A stretch of 31,117 nucleotides of DNA from a virus (lineage: Duplodnaviria > Caudoviricetes). The position numbers and the translations under genes are program-made. The stretch is taken from positions 1 to 31,117 of IMG/VR virus record IMGVR_UViG_3300037044_000084; one strand, 5' to 3'. Numbering within the stretch: the first letter of the stretch is position 1; the number at the start of each line of letters is the position of its first letter. Shown here in pieces: positions 7,675-16,690 of the stretch. The notes under the pieces were generated by a model. The model was not told the origin of the DNA. It did no database searches and saw only the letters and a list, made by a program, of their open reading frames with translations.

Positions 7675-7971
7675 ATGAGATCGCGCGAAAGCTACAACAC
7701 GGCAGGGATGCTGGCTCGTCCACGCGGTCGGCAGGCGGGTGGGGTCGAGCGCGGGCTTGGGCGTCCGCAGGAGATCGCGGCGATCCCGCCCCGGCTGCTG
7801 ACGACGCAGGGGGTGGCGGGATACCTGGGGTGCAGCCGCAGCCAACTCTTCCGCCAGTCGATCCTGCTGACCATCCCGTACATCGCGATCGGTCGGCGCG
7901 AGTACTACGACGTGCGGGACATCGACAAGTGGGTCGACGAGCACAAGCAATTCACGATCCACCCCGAATAG
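7675..7971 (+). CDS. Excisionase-like winged-HTH protein
   Basis: LLTTQGVAGYLGCSRSQL...IPYIAIGRREYYDVRDIDKWV. GGGAGG SD. Confidence 0.8.
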   Translation: MRSRESYNTAGMLARPRGRQAGGVERGLGRPQEIAAIPPRLLTTQGVAGYLGCSRSQLFRQSILLTIPYIAIGRREYYDVRDIDKWVDEHKQFTIHPE

Positions 7972-8030
7972 GAGGCAGGTCGGCACGGGACAAGGATGGA
8001 TGGCAAAACCACCAAGGAAAGGGCAAGGAC

Positions 8031-8210
8031 ATGGAACAACGGATGATGACGGACGGGTGGAGGGTCAGGGACGGGGCCGAGATCGAGCGTGCGCGGCGGC
8101 GCGCCGACCTGGCCGATTTGGTCGGGTATCACGTCGGGGCGGCGATCCGCTGGGGGATCATCCTGGCGGCGATCGTCGTCGGGTCGATGGTGATCGGCGG
8201 TGCGGCATGA
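8031..8210 (+). CDS. Small hypothetical protein with C-terminal TM
   Basis: Purine-rich upstream sequence, hydrophobic end WGIILAAIVVGSMVIGGAA, ATGA-coupled to the next gene. Confidence 0.6.
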   Translation: MEQRMMTDGWRVRDGAEIERARRRADLADLVGYHVGAAIRWGIILAAIVVGSMVIGGAA

Positions 8211-8395
8211 GCGGCGACAAGGACAAGAGGGACATCGCTGTCCTCGACATGATGGACGCGATGCTGACCGCAATCATCCTGCAGCAATCCATCGTCGCCG
8301 AGCTCCGCGACGAGGTGAAGAAGCTGCGGCAGTCATTCGACAAGGTGGCCGCTGGCGTCGCTGGCCCGCTCGCGGTCAAGGGCGGTGCGGCATGA
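8207..8395 (+). CDS. Small coiled-coil hypothetical protein
   Basis: ATGA overlaps at both ends and GC-rich third positions. Confidence 0.6.
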   Translation: MSGDKDKRDIAVLDMMDAMLTAIILQQSIVAELRDEVKKLRQSFDKVAAGVAGPLAVKGGAA

Positions 8396-8724
8396 GCGGC
8401 GGGGTCGGCTCGTTCCACGCCGTGATCCGCCGCCGGGACACCGGCACCGTCGCCTTCATGGGGTTCGGCCGCGACCTGGAGGCGGTAGCCCGCGGCGAGG
8501 GAGAGAACGCGCGCCGCTGGCTGGCGATGATCGCGGGCGATGACGCACTGGGGCCGGTCGAGGTCTCGTACAGGACCACCCCGCCCGCCGTGGGCATGGG
8601 CGAGCCCGGAACAGGACCAGCCGCCACCACGTCCTCGACGGAGATCATCGCCGAGTTGCGGCGGCTCACCAACGAGATGTGCAAGGGGTTTGACCGGTTG
8701 GTCAGGGAGATGAACCGCAGGTAA
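8392..8724 (+). CDS. Hypothetical phage protein
   Basis: ATGA-coupled start, 110 aa, phage-like codon usage. Confidence 0.6.
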   Translation: MSGGVGSFHAVIRRRDTGTVAFMGFGRDLEAVARGEGENARRWLAMIAGDDALGPVEVSYRTTPPAVGMGEPGTGPAATTSSTEIIAELRRLTNEMCKGFDRLVREMNRR

Positions 8725-8835
8725 CCGACCCTTCCCCCGGTCGGGTGGCCGGGGATGGCAGGCAGGCGAGCCACCCATAAACGTCCGCGCCCTGCGCCTG
8801 CCCGGGGCCGGACACCAAGCCAAGGGAGAAGACGA

Positions 8836-9789
8836 ATGGAACAGGGAACCGAGACGACGGCGCTGGCACTGGCACTGCCGGTGCGCAGCATGGAGGACAT
8901 CGCCGTCATTGGCGATGCGATGGCCGCTTCGGGCATGTTCGGGCTCAAGAACAAGGCCCAGGGCATGGTGCTGGCGATGACCTGCCTGGGTGAGGGCATG
9001 ACCCCGGTGGCGTTCAAGCGCAAGTACCATGTCCACGAGGACGGGACGCTCTCGATGCGGGCCGACGCGATGGCGGCCGGGTTCCGGGCGCGCGGCGGGC
9101 GCTACACGGTCCGCGAGCACTCCACGACCCGGGCGGCGGCGCTGTTCGAGTTCGAGGACAGCAAGATCGAGGCGGAATTCACACTCGCGGACGCCGAGCG
9201 GCACGGGTACACCCGGACGAAGGGCGGCAAGGACAAGGACAACTGGGAGAAGCACGCCGAGAACATGCTCTGGGCGCGGCTGATCTCGGAGAACGTCCGC
9301 ATCCTCACGCCGGAGGTCTGCGCCGGGATCTATGTACCAGAGGAAGTGGACTCGTTCGGCGGCGGCGAGCGCCAGGAGGTGGTGGTGACGCCGGAGCAGG
9401 CGGCGGCCAAACTGCCGGGGGCGCGCAAGGAGCGGAAGGCGGCGGCGGCCGCGGTGGATCCGAATGCGGACGCGGTCGAGATCAAGGCGGAGGTGGTCGA
9501 GGACGCCAAGGCCGATACCGCCGCCCCGGTTGCGAAGTCCGCACGGGCGACCGCGCCGAAGTCCGCCGAGCCGACCCCGTTCGACCCGGCTCCCGCCGCC
9601 GATTCACCGCTGGGGATCGACTTCGCCGTCTGCCCGATCCCGCCGTTCAAGGGCCAGCCGTGGCACGAGATGGGCGAGACGGTCCTCAAGCACGCGCTGA
9701 AGACCGTCCACGCAGACCTCAAGGACGGGCACCGGGACGCCGTCAAGGCGATCCTGAAGGCGCGCGCGGCCGCGCAGAAGGGGGGCTGA
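8836..9789 (+). CDS. RecT/Redbeta-like single-strand annealing protein
   Basis: NWEKHAENMLWARLISENVRILTPEVCAGIYVPEE matches the W..(P)..ML..R.....R..(P)....G.Y..EE signature. GGGAG SD. Confidence 0.75.
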   Translation: MEQGTETTALALALPVRSMEDIAVIGDAMAASGMFGLKNKAQGMVLAMTCLGEGMTPVAFKRKYHVHEDGTLSMRADAMAAGFRARGGRYTVREHSTTRAAALFEFEDSKIEAEFTLADAERHGYTRTKGGKDKDNWEKHAENMLWARLISENVRILTPEVCAGIYVPEEVDSFGGGERQEVVVTPEQAAAKLPGARKERKAAAAAVDPNADAVEIKAEVVEDAKADTAAPVAKSARATAPKSAEPTPFDPAPAADSPLGIDFAVCPIPPFKGQPWHEMGETVLKHALKTVHADLKDGHRDAVKAILKARAAAQKGG

Positions 9790-9792
9790 CCG

Positions 9793-10533
9793 ATGCCGAC
9801 CGAACTGCACGGGCTGATGATCCCGCCGCCGAAGCTCCCGGCCAAATTGGAGATCGCGGCGGAGTGGATGCAGGAACGCGACAAGCTGGTGAGCCAGGCC
9901 GCTGGCATCCAGGCCGTCGCGACCCAGGCGGAGTTCACCGGGGCCGAGATCCTGCTGAAGCTGATCACGGCGGTCTCGAACGACGCCGAGAAGGTGCGCA
10001 AGAAGCTCTCCGACCCGTTCGCCAAGGCGGCCAAGGACATCAAGGCGATGGCGGATGGAGCCCGAGAGCCGCTTGAGGCGCAGAAGGAGCGCCTGAAGGG
10101 CATCATGGCCACGTACCTGCGCGAGGTGCAGCGCCGCCAGCAGGAGGAGATGGAGCGGCAGGCGCGCGAGGACGAGGAGCGACGCCGCGCCGAGATGGAG
10201 CGGATCGAGCGGGAGCGCCAGGCGGAGATTGCCGCCGCCGAGGCGGATTCCAACCCGTTCGCCGCCGCCGAGGCCGACGCGAAATTCGCGGCCCAGGCCG
10301 AGGAGGTGGCTTCCGCCCCGGCCGAGATCGCGCCGGAGACGGCGGACACCCGCAAGACCATGACCACCGCGCGGACGGTCTGGCGGTTCGAGATCGAGGA
10401 CGCCACGGCGGTCCCGCGCGAGTTCTGCGTCCCGGACGAGCGGAAGATCCGCGAGCACGTCCAGCGCAACAAGGAGGCCTCCGGCATCCCGGGCGTGCGT
10501 GTCTGGGAGGAGTTGGCGGTTCAGGCGCGCTAG
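9793..10533 (+). CDS. Coiled-coil phage recombination-module protein
   Basis: Long coiled coil and a common phage C-terminus WRFEIEDATAVPREF...IPGVRVWEE. Confidence 0.7.
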   Translation: MPTELHGLMIPPPKLPAKLEIAAEWMQERDKLVSQAAGIQAVATQAEFTGAEILLKLITAVSNDAEKVRKKLSDPFAKAAKDIKAMADGAREPLEAQKERLKGIMATYLREVQRRQQEEMERQAREDEERRRAEMERIERERQAEIAAAEADSNPFAAAEADAKFAAQAEEVASAPAEIAPETADTRKTMTTARTVWRFEIEDATAVPREFCVPDERKIREHVQRNKEASGIPGVRVWEELAVQAR

Positions 10534-10597
10534 GTCTCAATCGCCTTTCGGCTCTGCCAACAATTATACAACATCAAACCAAGGGAGAATGCCGGAC

Positions 10598-10876
10598 ATG
10601 AAGAAGAACGCGCCGAGCATCAGGGAAATCGAGGCCGCCAAGGCGGAGCTGTTTCGGAAAGGGAGCAAGCGCGCCGAAAAGAAGGCCGGTGTGAAGCCGA
10701 GCTACGAGCAAAACCAGGCGTGGTGCGAAAAGCACCCCACGCCCATGCGGCGATGGGACATCCGGTATCACGCGGCCAACAAAACGGAAATCGATCGCGT
10801 CCACGAACTGCTGCTGGCCGCCCGCATGGGGCAGATGACCAGCGAGGAGTTCTACGCCGCCGTCAAGGCATTCTGA
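10598..10876 (+). CDS. Hypothetical basic protein
   Basis: GGGAG SD, fills the gap between 10533 and 10936. Alternative start at 10589. Confidence 0.65.
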   Translation: MKKNAPSIREIEAAKAELFRKGSKRAEKKAGVKPSYEQNQAWCEKHPTPMRRWDIRYHAANKTEIDRVHELLLAARMGQMTSEEFYAAVKAF

Positions 10877-10935
10877 TCCGTAGTTTTTGGAGCAATCCCG
10901 CAACAATCCCGCAACATTGAAGAAGGAAACAGACC

Positions 10936-11445
10936 ATGGGCAAGTGCGAGAAGGAAGGCCAGTTCACGGCGAACATCATGGGCGTGTCGCTGATCGAGCA
11001 CCGCTTCAACCCGGAGGCGCTGGAGATCCGCGTCGACTTCGAGGACGCCAACGACGGCAACACCGGCCGCGTCTACCTCGACCTGAGCGAGGACTACGCG
11101 ACGGCCGGGGCGCGCAAGGGCGAGCGCCAGTGCGACATCGCGGCGGACACCCTGCACCACCTGGGCGTCGACATCAGGGGGCCGCAGGGGCTCTCCGGGC
11201 TGAACACCCTGGACGGCCGCAAGGTCTCCGTCACCGGCAAGGTCAACACCAAGGGTTACCTCAACTTCTACCTCAACACGAGCAAGCCGGAGACAGCCAT
11301 CGACGTGAAGGCGGCGGCGGCGCGGATGAAGGCGTTGTTCGGCGGGGCCCCGGCGGCGGACAAGCCGGACAAGGCCGGGCCCGACGGGCTGTTGCCGCCG
11401 ATCGATCCCGGCGCCGACGAGATCGACGGCCCGAACCCGTTCTAA
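10936..11445 (+). CDS. Probable ssDNA-binding protein (DUF669-like)
   Basis: Beta-rich core, flexible acidic tail ending DEIDGPNPF, located in the recombination module. Confidence 0.65.
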   Translation: MGKCEKEGQFTANIMGVSLIEHRFNPEALEIRVDFEDANDGNTGRVYLDLSEDYATAGARKGERQCDIAADTLHHLGVDIRGPQGLSGLNTLDGRKVSVTGKVNTKGYLNFYLNTSKPETAIDVKAAAARMKALFGGAPAADKPDKAGPDGLLPPIDPGADEIDGPNPF

Positions 11446-11458
11446 GGAGGGGCCGCCC

Positions 11459-11920
11459 GTGCGGATCGTCGTCGATACCCGAGAGCAGACGCCATGGACG
11501 TTCCCGGCCTGGGTGCAGGTCTCGCGCGGCACGCTGCCGACGGGAGACTATGCCCTGGCCGGGGACGGATGGGCGATCGAGCGGAAGAACCTCGACGACT
11601 TCCTCGGCACGGTCTCGACCGGCTGGGACAGGTTCTGCCGGGAGATCTCGCGGATGGACGGGTGGGCGGCGAAGGTCGTGGTCGTGGAGGCCGACTTCGC
11701 CGCCTGCTGCTTTTGCGAGACGCCGGACGGGATCGAGCCGCCGCGCCATTCGCATCCGATGCTGACGCCGCGCTTCGTGGCCTCGCGGATCGCCGAGCTG
11801 ACGATGATGGGGGTCTCCGTGCTGTTCGCCGGGGATCCCGGGCAGGCGGCGGCGCTCGCCTATCACCTGCTGAGGCGCCGGGAAATGGAACTGATGATGA
11901 AGGGAGGACAGGCAACATGA
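11459..11920 (+). CDS. ERCC4-domain nuclease
   Basis: IVVDTREQ, GDY and IERKNLDDF motifs. AAGGAGG SD. Confidence 0.9.
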   Translation: MRIVVDTREQTPWTFPAWVQVSRGTLPTGDYALAGDGWAIERKNLDDFLGTVSTGWDRFCREISRMDGWAAKVVVVEADFAACCFCETPDGIEPPRHSHPMLTPRFVASRIAELTMMGVSVLFAGDPGQAAALAYHLLRRREMELMMKGGQAT

Positions 11921-12813
11921 CCATGACGACGACGGCAGGGGCTGGGCGGGGCGCACAAGTCGAGCTGGCCGCGACGGTCGAGCGGGTGCTGTGCGCGAAG
12001 GAATCCGGCCCGCGCCGGGTGTGGATGATGCTCAAGACCCAGCACGGGATCGCCAAGGGCACGGCGGGCTGGGAGCCGAAGCCCGGCGAGCGGATCACGC
12101 TCAAGGGCGAATGGACAGTCTGGAACGGCGAGCGCCAGCTCAAGTTCGCCTCGATGGTTCCGGACATCCCGACGGACCCCCGCGCCAAGCTGCACTACGC
12201 CTGCGAGATCACGCCCGGCCTGGGCGAGGCGCTGGAGGAGAAGATCTGGGAGGCCCTGGGCGAGGACTGGGAGAAGATCGAGCCGGGCGACGTGAAGGGC
12301 GTCACCGAGGCGCGGTGCAAGGCGCTGCGCGAATCCCTGGAATACATCGCCGTGAACGCCGAGCAGGTGCGGACGGTCTCTTTCCTGATGGCGCACGGCG
12401 CGACCTTCCCGATGGCCGAGAAGGCCTGGGACAAGTGGCGGCAGGAGTCGGTGCCGATCGTCAAGGGCGACTGCTTCCGGCTGGCCGACCTGCCGCATTG
12501 CGGATTTCGCGACGTGGACACCCGCATCCGGGCGCACTTCGGGATCGGTGACAGCGACCCGCGCCGCACCCGCGCCGGCGTCGCCTATGCCCTGCGGCAG
12601 TGCCTTGAGGACGGCTCGACGACGTGCGGCTGGTTGCGTCTCCGCGACCAGGCCGTGAAGCTCCTGGGCGTGTCCCGGGCAATCATCATCGACGAGACGC
12701 GGCGGATGCTCGCCGACGGGCTGCTGGTCGGCTGGCGCGAGACGCTGGCCCTGGCCGACGCCCGGGCGCATGGGCATGAGTCCGCGATATGGGAGTTCAT
12801 CAATGCAGCTTAA
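11917..12813 (+). CDS. RecD2-like helicase, N-terminal non-catalytic half
   Basis: OB-like start, HhH-like PGLGEAL and LADLPHCGFRDVD...DPRRTRAGVAYAL, as in RecD2 N-termini. Confidence 0.75.
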   Translation: MTMTTTAGAGRGAQVELAATVERVLCAKESGPRRVWMMLKTQHGIAKGTAGWEPKPGERITLKGEWTVWNGERQLKFASMVPDIPTDPRAKLHYACEITPGLGEALEEKIWEALGEDWEKIEPGDVKGVTEARCKALRESLEYIAVNAEQVRTVSFLMAHGATFPMAEKAWDKWRQESVPIVKGDCFRLADLPHCGFRDVDTRIRAHFGIGDSDPRRTRAGVAYALRQCLEDGSTTCGWLRLRDQAVKLLGVSRAIIIDETRRMLADGLLVGWRETLALADARAHGHESAIWEFINAA

Positions 12814-13990
12814 TGACGACCAGCTCGCCGCGATCCGGCGGGCCAAGGGCCGACGCCTCTCCGTGATCAACGGCGGGGCGGGCACAGGCAAGACGACGGT
12901 GATCCGGGAGATCGTGCGCGAGATCGGCGGCAATTCACTGCTGTGCTGCCCGACCGGCAAGGCGGCGGCGCGGCTCCGTGAGGCCTCCGGCCTGGACGCC
13001 AGCACGATCCATTCCGCCCTCAAGTACAACGGCGAGGGATTCATGCTGAAGAGCCTGGCGGGCACGTCGCTCATCGTCGACGAGGCCAGCATGGTCGATT
13101 CCGAGCTGATGGCGGAGATTTGCCGACGCGGACCGGCCCGCCTGATCCTGGTCGGCGACGAGGCCCAGCTCATGCCGGTGGGCAACGGCGCTCCGTTCCA
13201 CGACCTGATCCGGCTGCGGCCTGATCTCGTATCCACGCTCAACCAGTGCTACCGCAACACCGAGGCCATCTTCAAGGCGGCCACGGCGATCCGCGCCGGC
13301 CAGGCTCCGCAGAAGTTCGACCAGTCCGCCGGGGAGCTCTGGCGGATCAACCATACCGGGCGGCCCGAGCCGACCCAGGAGATCATCGTGCGCTACTACA
13401 AGGAAGGGCAGGTCGACCCCGCCCAGGACATCGTGCTGGTCTGCCGCAACGGCGAGCGGGGCGACCCGGCCCCGGGCACCGTCCACGCCATCAACACGGC
13501 GGCGCTGGCGGCATTGGGATTTGATCCGGAGCCGCGCTGGCAACCCGGGCAGCGGATCATCTGCCTCAAGAACTTCGCCGCGCTCGACGTGTGGAACGGC
13601 ACGACCGGGACGATCACCGGCGTGAACAAGGACGGGGCCTGGGTGAAGGGCGACATCCCATTCCATGACGCCGAGCAGGATTGCATGGTCGACGAGATCC
13701 AATGGCCGTTGGAGGTATTGAGGTCGTGCCAGCACGCCTACGCCCTGACCGTCCACAAGTCCCAGGGCAGCCAGTACCGCAACGTGTTCTTCGCCTGCTT
13801 CTCGGCGGACGCGCACATGATGCTGTCCCGGCCGCTGATCTACACCGCCGTGACCCGGGCCCGGAAGAACTGCGTCGTGCTGGGCGACGCGCGGGCCTTC
13901 GCGGCCGGGATCGGGATCTGTCCGCAGAAGACGACCGTCCTCCAGGAGCTGGCCCGCGAGGCGGCGGCCGGGAAGGCGGTGGCGGCATGA
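12803..13990 (+). CDS. RecD2-like SF1B helicase, motor half
   Basis: GGAGTGKT, IVDEASM, LVGDEAQL, AYALTVHKSQGSQY and IYTAVTRAR. GGGAG SD before ATG 12803. Confidence 0.92.
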   Translation: MQLNDDQLAAIRRAKGRRLSVINGGAGTGKTTVIREIVREIGGNSLLCCPTGKAAARLREASGLDASTIHSALKYNGEGFMLKSLAGTSLIVDEASMVDSELMAEICRRGPARLILVGDEAQLMPVGNGAPFHDLIRLRPDLVSTLNQCYRNTEAIFKAATAIRAGQAPQKFDQSAGELWRINHTGRPEPTQEIIVRYYKEGQVDPAQDIVLVCRNGERGDPAPGTVHAINTAALAALGFDPEPRWQPGQRIICLKNFAALDVWNGTTGTITGVNKDGAWVKGDIPFHDAEQDCMVDEIQWPLEVLRSCQHAYALTVHKSQGSQYRNVFFACFSADAHMMLSRPLIYTAVTRARKNCVVLGDARAFAAGIGICPQKTTVLQELAREAAAGKAVAA

Positions 13991-16413
13991 GCGACGCGGC
14001 GGCGAACGATGCCAAGAAGGAACCGCAACCGCGCCGGTTCACGCCAAACCCCGGGATTGCCCGCTACTACAGCTTCGAGGAGATCTGCGCGGCGTCTGAC
14101 TGCGTCGACATCGCCCGCGAGATCGGCCTGGCGGTCAAGGAGGACCGCTGCCCGGCAAGCTGGCGCGGCGGAACCAACGAGACCTCCGTGTCCCTGGCCA
14201 AGTCCGGATGGCACGATTTCGCCACCGGCCAGTCCGGCTCCGTGATCGACCTGGTCGCCCTGGTCATGTTCGCCGAGGACACGCAGGCGGCCCAGCAGTG
14301 GCTTGGCGACCGCCTGGCACTGACGCCGAAGATGACGCTGGGGACCGACAAGGCCGGACGGGCCGAGCGTTTGGAACGCGAAGGATATTCCCTGGTCAAG
14401 GCATACCCGTACATCGACCCAGCGACCGGGAAGGCCCGCCACACCGTTGAACGCTGGGAGCACCCGGAGAAGGGCAAGGAATTCGTCCAGCGCGCCGGGA
14501 GCCGCTATTCGCTCAAGGGCATCGAGACCCTGCTCTACCGGCTGCCGGACTGGATCAAGTCCCCCTACGTGATCCTCTGCGAGGGAGAGAAGGACGCCGA
14601 CACCGTGGCCGACGCCCTCAAGATGAAGGCGACCACGAACCCCGCCGGGGCTGGGCGCTGGGAGCCGCACTACAACCAGTGGCTGGCCGGCAAGGACGTG
14701 GCGATCATGGTCGACAACGACGACGCCGGCCGCGCCCGCCTCGCCCACCTGCTCTGGGAGCTGAAGAACGTCGCCAACAACCTCAAGGCGATTCATTTCG
14801 ACGACCTGCCGGAGAAGTCCGACGTGACCGACTGCGTGGCCGCGCACGGCGCGAATGCGACCATCGAGCGGATCCGCGCCGCCGAGGTGATTGACAAGGC
14901 GGCCATCGTGAAGCCGACCGACGACCTCCCGGCCGTGACCGCCGCCAAGGAGGCCAACCGCCACGACCTGCGGAATTTTATCGAGATCAAGGAGGTCGAC
15001 GACAAGGGCAAGACCAAGGTCACGCACAAGCCGCGCCAGATCAACGACCTCATGCGCGACATCCGCACCCGGCTCCTCGGCTTCCCGCACAAGGTCGGCG
15101 ATTCCCTGTTCGACCACGACCGGGACACCGCCGGGATCAGCTTTCTCGACAACCCGGCCGAGTTGTTCTCTTGGATGGCCACGAAGACCGGCCGCAACAT
15201 CCAATGGAAGCGCGGCGAGGGCATGACCCCGCGCGACGAGCTGTTCAGTGGCCTGCGGCAGACGGCCCGCCGGTTCGAGTCCGTGTCGACCATGCCGCAC
15301 TTCCCGCCGCGCGGCGACACCTACTACAGTCATGCCCCCCTGCCCCCGCCCTCCCCTGACCGCGAATGCCTCCAGCGCCTGCTTGAGATGTTCAGCCCGG
15401 CCTCGCCGATCCATGCCATCCTCCTTAAGGCGTTCATCGCGGCGCCGCTCTTCTACATCCGGCACATCCCGCGCCCGGCCTGGATCATCGATTCCGAGGA
15501 CGGCGCCGGGACCGGCAAGACGACCATGGTCGAGGCCGTGGCCCACCTCTACGGCACCGAGGTGATCCGCACGTCCAAGCCGGAAATGCTCTACTCGGCC
15601 GGGGACGTGCTCAAGCGGTGCCTGTCCGGGGCCGGGCGCATGAAGCGCGTCCTGCTGGTCGACAACGTCCAGGGCAACTTCGCCTCGGCATCCTACGCCG
15701 ACATGGTGACGGCCTCCTCCCTCTCCGGCCGCCCGGCCTACGGGCGCGGCGAGGAGACCCGCTGGAACGACCTGACCTACGTCATCACCGCAAACTCCGC
15801 GAACGTCGACAACGACATCGCCCAGCGCTCCTGGACGATCATGTTGCGCCGGTCGAACATCCGGCCGTCATGGAAGGCCGACCTGACCAAGTTCATCGAC
15901 GTCAATCGCCTCCAGATCGTCGCCGACATCCTTGACGTTCTCCAGGCCAACCCGCCGCTCACCGACCAGACATCCACCCGCTACCCCGAGTTCGAGCAGC
16001 AGGTCCTGCAGCCGATGTGCGGCGACATGGACGAATACTCCGAGGCCATCAAGCAGGTCTTCTCCGACCAGCAGACGCAGAACCTCGAGGAGGACGTGGC
16101 CGCCCGGATCTCCGAGACCATCCGCCACAACCTGCTGAACATCGGCCTCGCCCCCGACCAGGAAACCTACTTCCTGCGCTCCGAGGTCATCGACGCCTGG
16201 TTCCGCAACGTCCCCATGCCCGTCCAGGGCGACATCAAGCAACAGATCGTCAACGCCGCCAAGCACGGCATGTTGACCGAGGTTGATAAGACAATCAGAA
16301 TCTGGCCGAACAATGGCGAAAGCCGCCGCCGCGGGTTCCTCTGGAATCGCGGAAAAACAGCCCCCAGGGTGCTCGGGGTCCGCCAAGACGGGAAGGTTGG
16401 GCAGGTCGTATGA
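13987..16413 (+). CDS. Primase-helicase (degenerate Zn-binding domain + TOPRIM + P-loop ATPase)
   Basis: TOPRIM motifs LCEGEKDAD and VDNDDAG, Walker A GAGTGKTT, Walker B-like LLVDN. ATGA-coupled start. Confidence 0.88.
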   Translation: MSDAAANDAKKEPQPRRFTPNPGIARYYSFEEICAASDCVDIAREIGLAVKEDRCPASWRGGTNETSVSLAKSGWHDFATGQSGSVIDLVALVMFAEDTQAAQQWLGDRLALTPKMTLGTDKAGRAERLEREGYSLVKAYPYIDPATGKARHTVERWEHPEKGKEFVQRAGSRYSLKGIETLLYRLPDWIKSPYVILCEGEKDADTVADALKMKATTNPAGAGRWEPHYNQWLAGKDVAIMVDNDDAGRARLAHLLWELKNVANNLKAIHFDDLPEKSDVTDCVAAHGANATIERIRAAEVIDKAAIVKPTDDLPAVTAAKEANRHDLRNFIEIKEVDDKGKTKVTHKPRQINDLMRDIRTRLLGFPHKVGDSLFDHDRDTAGISFLDNPAELFSWMATKTGRNIQWKRGEGMTPRDELFSGLRQTARRFESVSTMPHFPPRGDTYYSHAPLPPPSPDRECLQRLLEMFSPASPIHAILLKAFIAAPLFYIRHIPRPAWIIDSEDGAGTGKTTMVEAVAHLYGTEVIRTSKPEMLYSAGDVLKRCLSGAGRMKRVLLVDNVQGNFASASYADMVTASSLSGRPAYGRGEETRWNDLTYVITANSANVDNDIAQRSWTIMLRRSNIRPSWKADLTKFIDVNRLQIVADILDVLQANPPLTDQTSTRYPEFEQQVLQPMCGDMDEYSEAIKQVFSDQQTQNLEEDVAARISETIRHNLLNIGLAPDQETYFLRSEVIDAWFRNVPMPVQGDIKQQIVNAAKHGMLTEVDKTIRIWPNNGESRRRGFLWNRGKTAPRVLGVRQDGKVGQVV

Positions 16414-16419
16414 GGACAG

Positions 16420-16498
16420 CAATCAATACACACGGGACACACGGCCTTTTCTCAAAACTCAATCAATACACACGGGACACACGGCCTTTTCTCAAAAC
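16420..16498 (+). repeat. 40-bp tandem direct repeat (2 copies)
   Basis: caatcaatacacacgggacacacggccttttctcaaaac at 16420 and 16460. Confidence 0.95.
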
Positions 16499-16673
16499 AA
16501 AATCGCTCAAATGTTCAGAAAATGCCGTGTGTAGCGTGATTAAACAACAGTACACACGGCTACACACGGCTTTTCCTTATTATAGGAGGGTTTCAGGTTT
16601 TTGGGTGGTCAAAAAAAGAGCTGTAACCCTCTACAATGGGAATTTGCCCGTGTGTCCGTGTGTACCCGTGTTT
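16420..16673. other. Putative phage replication origin (ACACACGG iterons around an AT-rich core)
   Basis: ACACACGG at 16428, 16437, 16468, 16477, 16552 and 16562. Inverted CCGTGTGT at 16525, 16648 and 16656, plus a variant at 16666. Lies immediately downstream of the primase-helicase. Confidence 0.75.
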
Positions 16674-16690
16674 CAAAGGAGCCATTAATC

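Noticed and set aside
8743-8811. HDV-like ribozyme
   Set aside because: There is no room for P3/L3 between the stems and no matching catalytic junction. Kept only as a generic pseudoknot candidate.
10894-10917. CAATCCCGCAA tandem duplication
   Set aside because: Two copies only, consistent with simple slippage. No second site was noticed elsewhere.
12795-12815. Programmed frameshift joining the RecD2 halves
   Set aside because: No slippery heptamer is visible, and an independent SD and ATG are present.
16420-16575. Possible CRISPR array
   Set aside because: The repeats are directly adjacent with no unique spacers, and there are no cas genes. An iteron origin explains them better.
16410-16688. 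92-aa ORF with repeated NQYTRDTRPF-like content
   Set aside because: It coincides with the iteron array and has AT-rich, non-phage codon usage. Probably non-coding.
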